Program-made: the position numbers and the translations under genes | Assembly: GCA_051747965.1 (NCBI GenBank) | Contig: JBNJGS010000003.1 | Location: forward strand, 7,125 to 71,124 | DNA: 64,000 nucleotides | Direction of reading: 5' to 3' | From: Bacteroidota bacterium | GTDB taxonomy: Bacteria > Bacteroidota > Bacteroidia > Bacteroidales > ML635J-15 | Notes under the pieces: generated by a model | Seen by the model: only the letters and a program-made list of their open reading frames with translations | What the model was told of the DNA's origin: nothing | Database searches by the model: none | Shown here: piece by piece, positions 1-10,000 of the stretch | Layout of the letters: each line of letters opens with the position of its first letter | Position numbering within the stretch: position 1 is the first letter of the stretch

Positions 1-533
1 CGGTAGAATATCCGGCCAGTCTGATGCTTGTGTCAAGCATGAACCCATGCCCCTGCGGATATTATAATCATCCGACCCGGGATTGTTCCTGTTCACCGGG
101 CAGAATTCAAAACTATCTGTCAAAAATTTCGGGACCACTTCTTGACAGGATTGATATCCACATGGAAGTAGTACCGGTAGAGTTTGATAAATTATCTTCA
201 GATCCGCCCGGGGAAAACAGTTCCGATATACGCAAAAGGGTGATACGTGCCCGTGAAGTACAATCAGAGCGATTTAAACAGAACAAAAACATGTTCAGCA
301 ATGCACAAATGACATCAAAAGTGATGCAAAAGTATTGCGCCGTAGACCAGGCAGCCAATTTACTTTTAAAAACTGCTATGGAGAAGCTGGATTTATCAGC
401 CAGGGCCTATGACAGAATTTTGAAAGTTTCCCGAACGATTGCAGATATGGAAGCATCAGAATCCATCCGCAGCGAACACATATCAGAAGCAATTCAGTAC
501 CGTAGCCTGGACAGAAGTACCTGGGGATCATAG
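1..533 (+). CDS. YifB/ComM family Mg-chelatase-like AAA+ ATPase, C-terminal part (5'-truncated by window edge)
   Basis: Frame is open from the window start; motifs MNPCPCGY, SGPLLDRID, LSARAYDRILKVSRTIAD and EAIQYR are typical of the YifB/ComM C-terminus. Confidence 0.93.
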   Translation, partial: VEYPASLMLVSSMNPCPCGYYNHPTRDCSCSPGRIQNYLSKISGPLLDRIDIHMEVVPVEFDKLSSDPPGENSSDIRKRVIRAREVQSERFKQNKNMFSNAQMTSKVMQKYCAVDQAANLLLKTAMEKLDLSARAYDRILKVSRTIADMEASESIRSEHISEAIQYRSLDRSTWGS

Positions 534-654
534 CACTAACCAGGTCGTGCAAAAAGAGGAGTTTTCTTATATCAGGCTGTTTCCGCCAAGGTAAAGATAT
601 TGATATATAATAAAATACCAAACAACATTGCTGCAATCCTTGTAAAATGTGTTA

Positions 655-671
655 ATTTTATGCCATAAAAT
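655..671. promoter_or_regulatory. Perfect inverted repeat ATTTTATG-C-CATAAAAT, candidate operator
   Basis: 8-bp arms around a 1-nt centre, ending 11 nt upstream of the ATG at 683. Confidence 0.35.
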
Positions 672-682
672 ACGGCTGCACT

Positions 683-3067
683 ATGAATCATCTTGACGAT
701 TATCAATTCAAAGGGAAGAGGGCACTTGTCCGCGTTGATTTCAATGTTCCGCTGAACGATTCCGGAGAAATTACTGATGATACCCGGATTGTAACAGCCA
801 TCCCCACATTGCAGAAAATATTGACCGAGGGAGGTTCTGTCATCATCATGACCCATTTGGGTCGTCCGAAAGGAAAACATGATGATTCCCTGAGTGTCAG
901 AAGGATTTCAGATTATGTTGAGCGCATGCTGGGCAGGGAAATAAAAATAGCTCCTGATTGCACGGGTAAGGAGACAAAGAAAATGGCTGACAAGCTCAGG
1001 CCCGGTGAGGTATTGATGCTTGAGAATCTCCGTTTTCACAAAGAAGAGGTCATTGGAGATGAGGCATTTGCCAGGAAACTGGCTGATCTGGGAGATGTGT
1101 ATGTAAACAATGCTTTTGGTACAGCGCATCGTGCCCATGCCTCTACCTGCACAATTGCCAAATTCTTTCCATATGACAAGCTGTTCGGGTATTTGGTTGA
1201 ATCTGAGATAAAGGAAATTGACAGTTTGCTGAAGGAGGCAAAATCACCATTTACTGCCATCATTGGCGGAGCCAAAATATCTACAAAGATCAACATCATC
1301 GAAGCTTTGCTGGAAAAGGTTGACAATCTGATCATTGGTGGAGGAATTGTATTTACCTTTTTGAAAGCCAAAGGACTGGAAGTCGGGAAATCTCTTGTTG
1401 ACGATGATTATCTGGATGTAGCAGAGCGTATATTGCGGACTGCCGGCAAACGCGGGGTCAGGGTTTATTTACCGGAAGATATTTTAATAGCAGATGAATT
1501 CAGCAATGAAGCCAATATTGAGCATGTACCTGTCAACGAAATAAAGAAAGACTGGATGGGTATGGATATTGGTGTAAAATCTGCGGAAATATTTGAGCAG
1601 GTGATTATGAAATCAGCAAGCATTTTGTGGAATGGCCCCATGGGTGTATTTGAAATGAATCATTTTGCCTATGGCACGCTGAAAACCGGATTATCGGTAT
1701 CCCGGGCTACAGATAAGGGTGCATATTCTGTTGTTGGCGGAGGAGACAGTATAGCAGCATTGAAAAAATATGCACTGGAACACAAAATATCATACGTATC
1801 AACAGCAGGGGGTGCTTTGCTGGAGTACATTGAAGGGAAGAAGTTACCGAGTATCAAAGCCATCCGGGAGGATCATTCCATTGATGATTATGATTTTCGC
1901 GGCAAGCGTGCTTTGGTGAGGGTGGATTTCAATGTTCCCATGGACGAGAATCACAAAATCACTGATGACACACGTATCCGCACAGCCATCCCCACCATCA
2001 GAAAAATCATGTCAGAGGGAGGCAGTGTAATCATACTCACGCACCTTGGAAGGCCCAATGGCAAACGGGATATGGATTATTCGGTAAAACACATCATTCC
2101 CTATGTTTCAGATCTTTTAGGGACAGAGGTAAAATTTGCAGACAAGTGCCGGGGCGATGAGACAGAAAGAATTGTTAAAGAGCTTAATCCCGGCGATGTA
2201 CTTATGCTGGAAAACCTGCGTTTCACGAATGCAGAAACCGAAGGCTCTGAGAAATTCGCCAAAGAACTGGCCAAACTGGGTGATGTATATGTCAACAATG
2301 CCTTTGGTACAGCACATCGCAAACATGCCTCAACCTACACCATAGCCAGATTCTTCCCTGAAGACAAGATGCTGGGGTATCTCATGGAAAATGAAATGCA
2401 AAACATTAACCGCATATTGTACAAAGGAGAGAGACCATTTACAGCAGTTATCGGCGGAGCTAAGATATCCACAAAAATAGACATTGTCCTTGCATTGATT
2501 GAACGGGTGGATAATCTGATTATTGGCGGAGGCCTGGCCTTCAGCTTTATCAAAGCCATGGGTGGCGATGTTGGTGATTCTCTGGTTGACGAGGAGTCAC
2601 TTGATAAAGCCAAAGAGATTCTTAATCTTACCGCCCGCAGCAATGTAAAGCTATATTTACCGACCGATTGCCTTATTGGTGACGGAAAAACCAACAATGT
2701 AAAGATCAGACATTCTCACATCAATCGCATCCCAAAAGGATGGCGTGGTCTGGATATTGGTGTAAAAAGTGCTGAAACCTTCACCAGGGTCATTGAAAAC
2801 TCAAAATCCATTTTATGGAACGGCCCCATGGGTGTATTTGAAATGCCACATTTCAGTAATGGTACAATAAAAATTGCTTTGGCAACAGCCAGGGCAACAG
2901 ATTTTGGTGCGTTTTCACTGGTTGGTGGTGGTGATTCCATTGCAGCTCTGAAGCGTTATGGATTATCGCACAAAATTTCATATATTTCAACAGCCGGAGG
3001 AGCTTTACTGGAATACATTGAAGGAAAAGAATTGCCAAGTATAAAAGCTGTGAGAACCAAAATCTGA
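683..3067 (+). CDS. pgk: Tandem double phosphoglycerate kinase (PGK-PGK fusion, 794 aa)
   Basis: Two complete colinear PGK domains (aa ~1-396 and ~397-794). Each has RVDFNVP, DDTRI, HLGRP, LENLRF, AFGTAHR, GGAKISTKI, WNGPMGVFE, GGGDS and STAGGALLEY; no stop between them. Confidence 0.95.
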   Translation: MNHLDDYQFKGKRALVRVDFNVPLNDSGEITDDTRIVTAIPTLQKILTEGGSVIIMTHLGRPKGKHDDSLSVRRISDYVERMLGREIKIAPDCTGKETKKMADKLRPGEVLMLENLRFHKEEVIGDEAFARKLADLGDVYVNNAFGTAHRAHASTCTIAKFFPYDKLFGYLVESEIKEIDSLLKEAKSPFTAIIGGAKISTKINIIEALLEKVDNLIIGGGIVFTFLKAKGLEVGKSLVDDDYLDVAERILRTAGKRGVRVYLPEDILIADEFSNEANIEHVPVNEIKKDWMGMDIGVKSAEIFEQVIMKSASILWNGPMGVFEMNHFAYGTLKTGLSVSRATDKGAYSVVGGGDSIAALKKYALEHKISYVSTAGGALLEYIEGKKLPSIKAIREDHSIDDYDFRGKRALVRVDFNVPMDENHKITDDTRIRTAIPTIRKIMSEGGSVIILTHLGRPNGKRDMDYSVKHIIPYVSDLLGTEVKFADKCRGDETERIVKELNPGDVLMLENLRFTNAETEGSEKFAKELAKLGDVYVNNAFGTAHRKHASTYTIARFFPEDKMLGYLMENEMQNINRILYKGERPFTAVIGGAKISTKIDIVLALIERVDNLIIGGGLAFSFIKAMGGDVGDSLVDEESLDKAKEILNLTARSNVKLYLPTDCLIGDGKTNNVKIRHSHINRIPKGWRGLDIGVKSAETFTRVIENSKSILWNGPMGVFEMPHFSNGTIKIALATARATDFGAFSLVGGGDSIAALKRYGLSHKISYISTAGGALLEYIEGKELPSIKAVRTKI

Positions 3068-3098
3068 TTAGCTTTGTTAGGTAAGAAAAAGAAATAAT

Positions 3099-4394
3099 AT
3101 GTCATTAGAAGAACTCCCAAAAATTCAGGATGCCGATTTAGAAGGCAAGGTAGTACTGGTAAGATTTGACCATAACGTGGTAAAGGAAGGCATCATACAT
3201 GATCCTTACCGTATTGATATGACAATTGGCACGATGTATCACATCAACGCCAAGGGTGGTAAAATCATCATGATGACCCATGTCGGCAGACCCAGGGACA
3301 AGGAAACCGGTGAAATCACGATTGATGACGACGCATCGGTACAACCCATTGTTGATTACCTGAACAATAAACTGCACATCAACATTAAGGTACCTGAATT
3401 TGTCCCTCATGGCAAGAAAGGTTATCTGGGCATTGAAACCTCGATCAATCATCACATCAGGGATTTACGAAATGGAGATATAGACGGCATTTATCTTCCC
3501 AATACGCGTTGGTTTGCCGGAGAGGAAGCAGGTGGTGAAGATGCAGAACGTTTTGCTCTGCAGCTGGCAGGCCTGGCCGATGTATTTGTGAATGATGCTT
3601 TTGGCTCATGGCAACCCCATGCTTCTACAGTGGGAGTAAACAAGTTTTTACCCAATTATGCCGGCTACCTGATGCAAAAGGAAATTGCAAATCTTAACCG
3701 GATATATAATGCAAAATCGCCTTTTGTTGCTGTGGTGGCAGGAAGCAAGATGGATACAAAAATTGATTCACTGTATGCCCTGCTCGAGATTGCTGACAAG
3801 CTGGTGCTGGGCGGGGTCATATATAATGCATACCTGTGTGCCAAATATGATATCAGCATCAAAGGTGTCAACGAAGAAAATCTGAAACTTGCCAAAGACT
3901 TTGTTAAGCATGCAGAAAAACACAAGGATAAAATTATGGAACTTTCCTGTATTGTTGAGTCAGATACACTTGATGGCAAGAAAGAAGGCAAATACCGAAA
4001 GCACAATGTGAAAGATTTGAAAGCAGGCCAGGAACTCAATTATGTACTGGATGTAGCTCCCAGCTCATTTGAAGACGAAGAAGTGAAAGATGTGTTTCTT
4101 TCAGCGAAGACAATTTTCATCAATGCCGTAATGGGATTTACGCCCCATTTCAATGACGGCACCATGGCTCTTGATCAGCTAACCGACTCCAACCCTGAAG
4201 CTGTCAAACTATATGGTGGTGGAGATACCATGCAGGAACTCAAACGCCTGCTGCCCGGCCTTTATATTGTAGCCCTTGACAATCCCAAATACTACATTTT
4301 CACGGGCGGAGGAGCTGTTTTGAAAGCAATACAGGAGGGCACTTATCAAGGCCTTGAACCTGTTAAAGCACTGATGCAAAAATACAAGAAGTGA
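3099..4394 (+). CDS. Divergent phosphoglycerate kinase-family protein (431 aa)
   Basis: PGK-like motifs RFDHNV, HVGRP, PNTRWF, VNDAFG, GSKMDTKI, GGGDT, FTGGGA; several canonical residues altered. Confidence 0.88.
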   Translation: MSLEELPKIQDADLEGKVVLVRFDHNVVKEGIIHDPYRIDMTIGTMYHINAKGGKIIMMTHVGRPRDKETGEITIDDDASVQPIVDYLNNKLHINIKVPEFVPHGKKGYLGIETSINHHIRDLRNGDIDGIYLPNTRWFAGEEAGGEDAERFALQLAGLADVFVNDAFGSWQPHASTVGVNKFLPNYAGYLMQKEIANLNRIYNAKSPFVAVVAGSKMDTKIDSLYALLEIADKLVLGGVIYNAYLCAKYDISIKGVNEENLKLAKDFVKHAEKHKDKIMELSCIVESDTLDGKKEGKYRKHNVKDLKAGQELNYVLDVAPSSFEDEEVKDVFLSAKTIFINAVMGFTPHFNDGTMALDQLTDSNPEAVKLYGGGDTMQELKRLLPGLYIVALDNPKYYIFTGGGAVLKAIQEGTYQGLEPVKALMQKYKK

Positions 4395-4401
4395 TCAACG
4401 G

Positions 4402-6918
4402 TTAGAATTTTGCTGTAAACTGGTACGACACAGATCTGGGAGGCATCATATTTCCGGGTCTTTGCACCAGCTCTCTGTTGAACAGGTTTCTGATAACTAC
4501 TGAGCTCTTAATGTTTTCATTCATCTGCCAGCCTGCATGCATATCCCATGTAAGCATAGGCCTGTATTTGTTGTATGCATAATAATCTGTATAACCCGGC
4601 AAGACAGCATTGTTAAACATTTGTTCCCCGGGATCAGATGAGACAAAGATATTGTCCACTGCCAGCACAGGGCTGTGATAAATCATTGATATTCCTGCAG
4701 ACAAGACACTATACTCAAGGATGACATTGCCTTTTACACTGTGTTTGTATCTGTATTTCAGATAATCTGTCTCTCTGCTTTTTGTGGCATAAATCTCTTC
4801 CTTGTCAGCTTCATTGTCGTAAAGATTTACCGGGCTGAGATAGGTATATCCGGCAAACAGGGTGGCATCAAGCCCTCTGAAGATTTCTCCGCTTGCAGAA
4901 ACTGAAAAATCCATCCCGATGATTCTAACATCACCAATATTCATTGACTGGAATCCAATATTATCTGCCGTTGGCATCACAGTATCCGGAAGTGGCATAT
5001 ATGTTTCGGTATCAAAATATCCGAAAGAGAACTCCATCATGTTGTTGTATCTGGAATAAAAAGCCGAGATATCTGCAAAGCCTTTCCAGTCTCTACCTAT
5101 GCGAAAACCCTGGCGTCCGCCTACTTCTGCATTCCAACCTGTTTCGCTCTCCAGACGGGGGTTCGGAAAGACATTTAACATACCGGCAAAGGCAGTTGCT
5201 GTGTATTTTTCTGCTATACTGGGAAATCTATATCCCTGCCCAAAGCTTGCCCGCAGGTTTGTGTATTCCGCCAGGCGATAATTCGCTCCTGCCCTGAAAA
5301 CAGGTTTCACAGGTATTTCCATGCTTTTATTACCTATTTTAATATCAACCATGGATTCTGTTTGTGTTGTATCCACCCGATAATATTCACCCCTTACACC
5401 AACTGAGGTTTTCAGGTTTCCAAAATCATTGTCCACCTGCACATAGGCGGCCAGATTATTGCTGAAATGATTGCCATAGAGGTTGGATTCCACCTCTGCG
5501 TAGGAATTTACTCCACCGGTCGCAATTTTTGTGTAATCGCCAAGATCTGTTTGATACCGGTACTCGCCGTAATATATTTCACTATTGTTGTTTTTTGTGC
5601 TATCAGAGGGTATCCGGTTTTGAACTCTGTAATATCTGGTGCGGATACTGTATCTGGAGCCGTTGTCCTTATAATAATAAATAAAGGGGTCAATATTGAA
5701 CCTGATCCCTTCGTTGGGATTTGTTGCCCCTTCCATGCTCTGTAACGGCCGGATGACGATTGAATCATTACCACTTGTATCTGCAAGTGTTTCAGAAGAC
5801 CACAGCAGGAAATCAGATTTTTTACCACCCATTAAGTTTGCATTGACACCATAGGCGAGGCCGTCGATTTTTTTACTCCGGAAACGCATATTTGTGTTTA
5901 AGCGGGTTCTTTTATTGTAATTATCAGTACGATATCCTTCATCAACATAGTGCTTTCCTGCCAGAACAAAATCAAAATTCCCGAACTGCTGCTGATGAGC
6001 AAAACTCAATCCTCCGAACATGGGCTTATTTACCCAGTAGAATACTTCTTCGCGCACAGGAACTGATACCTCGCACTGGTCCTCCTGATAAAAATTTTCA
6101 TTGGTATAGAGTCTTGTATCCCAGGTTTTTCCATTGAGTTGTTTGATTGGATTTCCGGGTTGATTATAAAAGCCTACATTGTAAATAATCTTTGTCTGTG
6201 TTTTTTCTGTAGGATAAGCTGTACGCAGGTTAATGACACCATTCATGGCAGAGGATCCATACAGAACAGAAGATGCACCTTTGATGACTTCAACCTGAGA
6301 TACATTTTCCACAGGCAGGTAATCCCATTTCACATTGCCTGCATCGGCGGCAATGATAGGCAACTCGTCCACAAGCACAAGCACCCGGCTGCCGGCACCG
6401 TATGACCAGCCACTTCCCCCGCGTATGCTGGGTTGCTGATCATTGACATCAACACCGGGTATTTTATTTATGGCATCCTCCATATCATTGGTGTTTGTAT
6501 TTTCAATCATTTTTGGCTTGATAACTTCCATAGAAACTGTCACCTCCGAAAGTTTCTGCTCATATTTGGAAGCACTCACTACAACTTCTTCGATGATTTC
6601 TGCTTTCTCATGAAGGGTGACATTTTCAACAATGGTATCGTTTTCTGCAATTGTCATATTTTTTTCTACGGTATTGTATCCCACGTACTTGTATTTCACA
6701 AGGTAATCACCGGGTTTCAGCTCAAAGCTAAAATCACCGTCAAAGTCTGTGATTCCTCCATCTGTGAAATCCGTATCATCCTGCTCAATCATCACATTGA
6801 CACCATAAAGCGGTTCATTTTCAGGGTCTGTAACAGATCCCCGGAACAAACCCGTTTGTGCCCAGGCATTGGTAATCCCCAGACAAACTGATATTGTCAG
6901 AAAAAGTAGCTTTTGCAT
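4402..6918 (-). CDS. TonB-dependent receptor with N-terminal carboxypeptidase-regulatory-like domain
   Basis: Signal peptide MQKLLFL..AWAQ, N-terminal beta-sandwich, plug motifs (IRGG, VEVIKGASSVLYGSSAMNGVIN), NPRLESE, C-terminal F; start refined to ATG 6918. Confidence 0.92.
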   Translation of the reverse strand: MQKLLFLTISVCLGITNAWAQTGLFRGSVTDPENEPLYGVNVMIEQDDTDFTDGGITDFDGDFSFELKPGDYLVKYKYVGYNTVEKNMTIAENDTIVENVTLHEKAEIIEEVVVSASKYEQKLSEVTVSMEVIKPKMIENTNTNDMEDAINKIPGVDVNDQQPSIRGGSGWSYGAGSRVLVLVDELPIIAADAGNVKWDYLPVENVSQVEVIKGASSVLYGSSAMNGVINLRTAYPTEKTQTKIIYNVGFYNQPGNPIKQLNGKTWDTRLYTNENFYQEDQCEVSVPVREEVFYWVNKPMFGGLSFAHQQQFGNFDFVLAGKHYVDEGYRTDNYNKRTRLNTNMRFRSKKIDGLAYGVNANLMGGKKSDFLLWSSETLADTSGNDSIVIRPLQSMEGATNPNEGIRFNIDPFIYYYKDNGSRYSIRTRYYRVQNRIPSDSTKNNNSEIYYGEYRYQTDLGDYTKIATGGVNSYAEVESNLYGNHFSNNLAAYVQVDNDFGNLKTSVGVRGEYYRVDTTQTESMVDIKIGNKSMEIPVKPVFRAGANYRLAEYTNLRASFGQGYRFPSIAEKYTATAFAGMLNVFPNPRLESETGWNAEVGGRQGFRIGRDWKGFADISAFYSRYNNMMEFSFGYFDTETYMPLPDTVMPTADNIGFQSMNIGDVRIIGMDFSVSASGEIFRGLDATLFAGYTYLSPVNLYDNEADKEEIYATKSRETDYLKYRYKHSVKGNVILEYSVLSAGISMIYHSPVLAVDNIFVSSDPGEQMFNNAVLPGYTDYYAYNKYRPMLTWDMHAGWQMNENIKSSVVIRNLFNRELVQRPGNMMPPRSVSYQFTAKF

Positions 6919-6942
6919 AATCCCCGTCCATTGATTACAAAA

Positions 6943-6950
6943 CAAATGTA
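6943..6950 (-). promoter_or_regulatory. Bacteroidota sigma70 -7 element (TACATTTG)
   Basis: Matches TAnnTTTG, 24 nt upstream of the TonB receptor ATG. Confidence 0.6.
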
Positions 6951-7000
6951 ATAATATTTTTCATCCGTAAAAACCGCGGCAGATAATAGTGATGAAGCAC

Positions 7001-7027
7001 AAAAGACCGGCATCTTACCGGTCTTTT
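7001..7027 (-). terminator. Intrinsic terminator downstream of the T9SS adhesin gene
   Basis: AAAAGACCGG-N7-CCGGTCTTTT hairpin 24 nt after the stop at 7052. Confidence 0.7.
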
Positions 7028-7051
7028 GATCTTCATATATGGATTTGGTTT

Positions 7052-10000
7052 TTAACGCATCAGGGTAACTTTCCCTGTTCGCTCATAGACATTTCCGTAA
7101 TAATCTTCAAATTCCAGCATCCAGGTATAGACACCTTCCGGGCATTCCTGCTTGTTCATTGTACCATCCCATCCATCATCGTGATGATCAGACACAAAAA
7201 CTTTTTCACCCCAGCGGTTATAAACTTCCAGGTGATAGGATTCAAGATCAATTCCTGAAACGACAATGCCAAATTCCTCATTCACATCATCATAGTTGGG
7301 TGAGAATCCGGTAGGTGCAAATACCAACAACTCCCCTGCCACAGTCAGTTCAACCCGGGCAGTATCCTTACAGCCAAAGAGTGATTCAGTGGCAAGTTGC
7401 ACATTATATCTGCCGGGCTGGCTATAAGAATGCTGTGGATTTTCCTGTTCAGATAGGGTTCCGTCGGCAAAGTCCCAGTGATAAAAATAACCTCCGTCAG
7501 TATAATTTGTAAAAGTAACCAGGGGACTGTTGAGCGAAACATTGATCTTTGATGGCTCAAACTCCGCATCTGGTCGTGGATGTACAGTTATGGCCACATC
7601 ATCTCTGTTTCGGCATCCGTCGGTTGAGGTTACCAAAAGGTTGACATGGTATGTGGTGGCATTAAAGAATGTGTGTACCGGTTGTTTGTCAAATGAAAGG
7701 TTTTCCACATCCCCATCATCAAAATTCCAGCGGTATTCCTGACCAATATCCGGGCTACCTTCATTAAAATGTACGGTAAGCGGCTGACAACCTTCGGTTA
7801 CATCAGCATTGATTGCTATCGGTGGCAATTCCCGGGTTTCAACAGGATATTCAATATAAACACTGTCAAAGTGACAAGCATCCCAGGCTGTGAAGGCAAA
7901 TACAGAGTCTGTTTCTGGTGTCACAACAATTTCAGAACCTTCAATCAGGCTGTCATTCATATACACTTCATATGGCCAGCCACCGCCGCCTCTTAAGTTC
8001 ATGCTGAATGTCACCTCATCTCCCGGACAAACAGTATCGCGGTTGGCAATGACATCAAATTCCAGAGAATCCAGCACAGTGACTGTAAAGTAAGATGTAT
8101 CACTGATACAGCCTGTAGCATCCAAAACAAATGCTCCGTATTCTGTTGTTTCCTGCGGATATACTTCAATAGGATCCCCCATCATCCCGTGATGTGTCCA
8201 GAAGACATCATAGGGTGGCACACCACCGGTAATCATATTGAATCCAATGGTATCTGTCTGACCATAACATATGGTTGGGTCGTCAAGTGCCACAGTGGTG
8301 ATGGGTTCCGGTTGCATGACCGTATCAGAAATCACAAAATGACAATAATGATCGTCGGTAAGAGTGACGGTATATACGCCTGCGGGAACATTCTGCAAAT
8401 CTTCTTCCCAGGAGCCGTTTGACCAGCTATAGTGATATGGTGGAGTTCCGCCGGAGGCAGTGATTTCTACAGACCCGTCAGAATATCCACCGCAAGAAGC
8501 GTCGGTGGCCGTGATGGAAGCCGACAAAGGGGCATCCGGCTCTATGATTTCTACTGTATCATAAGCTACGCAATCGTGATTATCTGTAATGCTTACAGCA
8601 TAGGTACCCGGGTCCAGGGTATCAATGCTCTGGCCGATTTCACCATTGGACCAGTGATAATAATATGGTTCTGTTCCTCCGTAGACGTTTACTTCAGCCC
8701 AGCCATTGCCTTCCCCGTAGCATCTGACATCTTCATGTTCAATTTCTGCTGTTAGAGGCAGGTCAGGTTCGTCTATCTGTACATAGGCATAGGTCTGGCA
8801 ATTGTTTTGGTCGGTGATGGTAACAATATATATTCCGGCTTCTACATCTTCAAGGTCTTCAATACCGTCACCATTATTCCATTGATAATCATATGGTGGT
8901 GTTCCCCCGGTCACGCTTAGATCAATACTGCCATTTTCAAATCCGTGACATGATACATCTTCGGCCTGTATATTGGCAACAACAGGTTCGGGTTCAATTA
9001 CCACCATGGTATGTGAGAGGTCACAGCCATTGGCATCTGTAATGGTAATGGTGTAATTTCCGGCCGGAATATTCATCAAATCTTCTGTCAGCATGCCATT
9101 GTCCCATTCGTAGTAATAGGGTGGTGTTCCGCCGGCGGCAGTAACATCCAGGGCGCCATCATAACCACCATGACAGGAAACATTGGTAAATTCATAAGAC
9201 ATGCTAAGTGGCTCATCCGGCTCATCGATAAATACAGAGTCTTCATGCAGGCACCCCACAGAATCTGTGATGGTAAGATAATGCCAACCGGCATACACAT
9301 TCTCCACATTTTGCTGATCAACACCAGGCGGATCCCAGTAATATCCGTGTGGCAGGGCACCGCCACCAGATTCAGCATACAGGTTGCCGGTAGCTTCCCC
9401 ATGACAAAGTACATCATCCCCGTCGGTTTCAGACCAAATCGGTGGATAAAGGTGTGTCACATTCAGTTCCGAGGTGACTTCGCATCCGTACACATCAGAA
9501 ACTGTGACAAAGTAATATCCTGCAGGTACGTAAATGCTGTCGACAGGGTCCATATGTGTATTGACTACTCCGGTAGAATATTCAAAGGTGTAAGGCCCGG
9601 TTGAGTTGAGTGCTGTTACCGTAATAACTCCGGTAGTATCACCGAAGCAGAGAATATCATTACCATCAATTTCCATATCAAGTTCAGGCAGAGGAATGAT
9701 ATTGACTACATCCTGAACGGAGTCATCATCTTCATAAAAACCGGCCATCTCCCAGGTTTCATCAAACCAGTTGATGGGGATATAACCCAGCGGCACCGAT
9801 CCTTCCAGCAAAGGTCCGATTTCAAAGGGTCCGATAGAAATATCTTTTGCACCGTTTTTGGCTGTATCTACATAAACATATTCATCTTTTGCCAGGTAAT
9901 CTGATAAATCAACCTCAGGCACATGATAGCCCGGGGCACTGGCTTCAAGGTATTGTGTTTCTCCTGTTTCCGGGTCTTCGTAGGTAACCGGGAGGTTAAA

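Noticed and set aside
683..3067. Double PGK as a collapsed or duplicated assembly artefact
   Set aside because: The halves differ extensively in amino acids and codons while staying in frame; an assembly duplication would be near-identical
8303..9679. Repetitive DNA as a possible CRISPR or mobile repeat
   Set aside because: The repeats are degenerate, in-frame protein-level SprB units with no identical direct repeats or spacers
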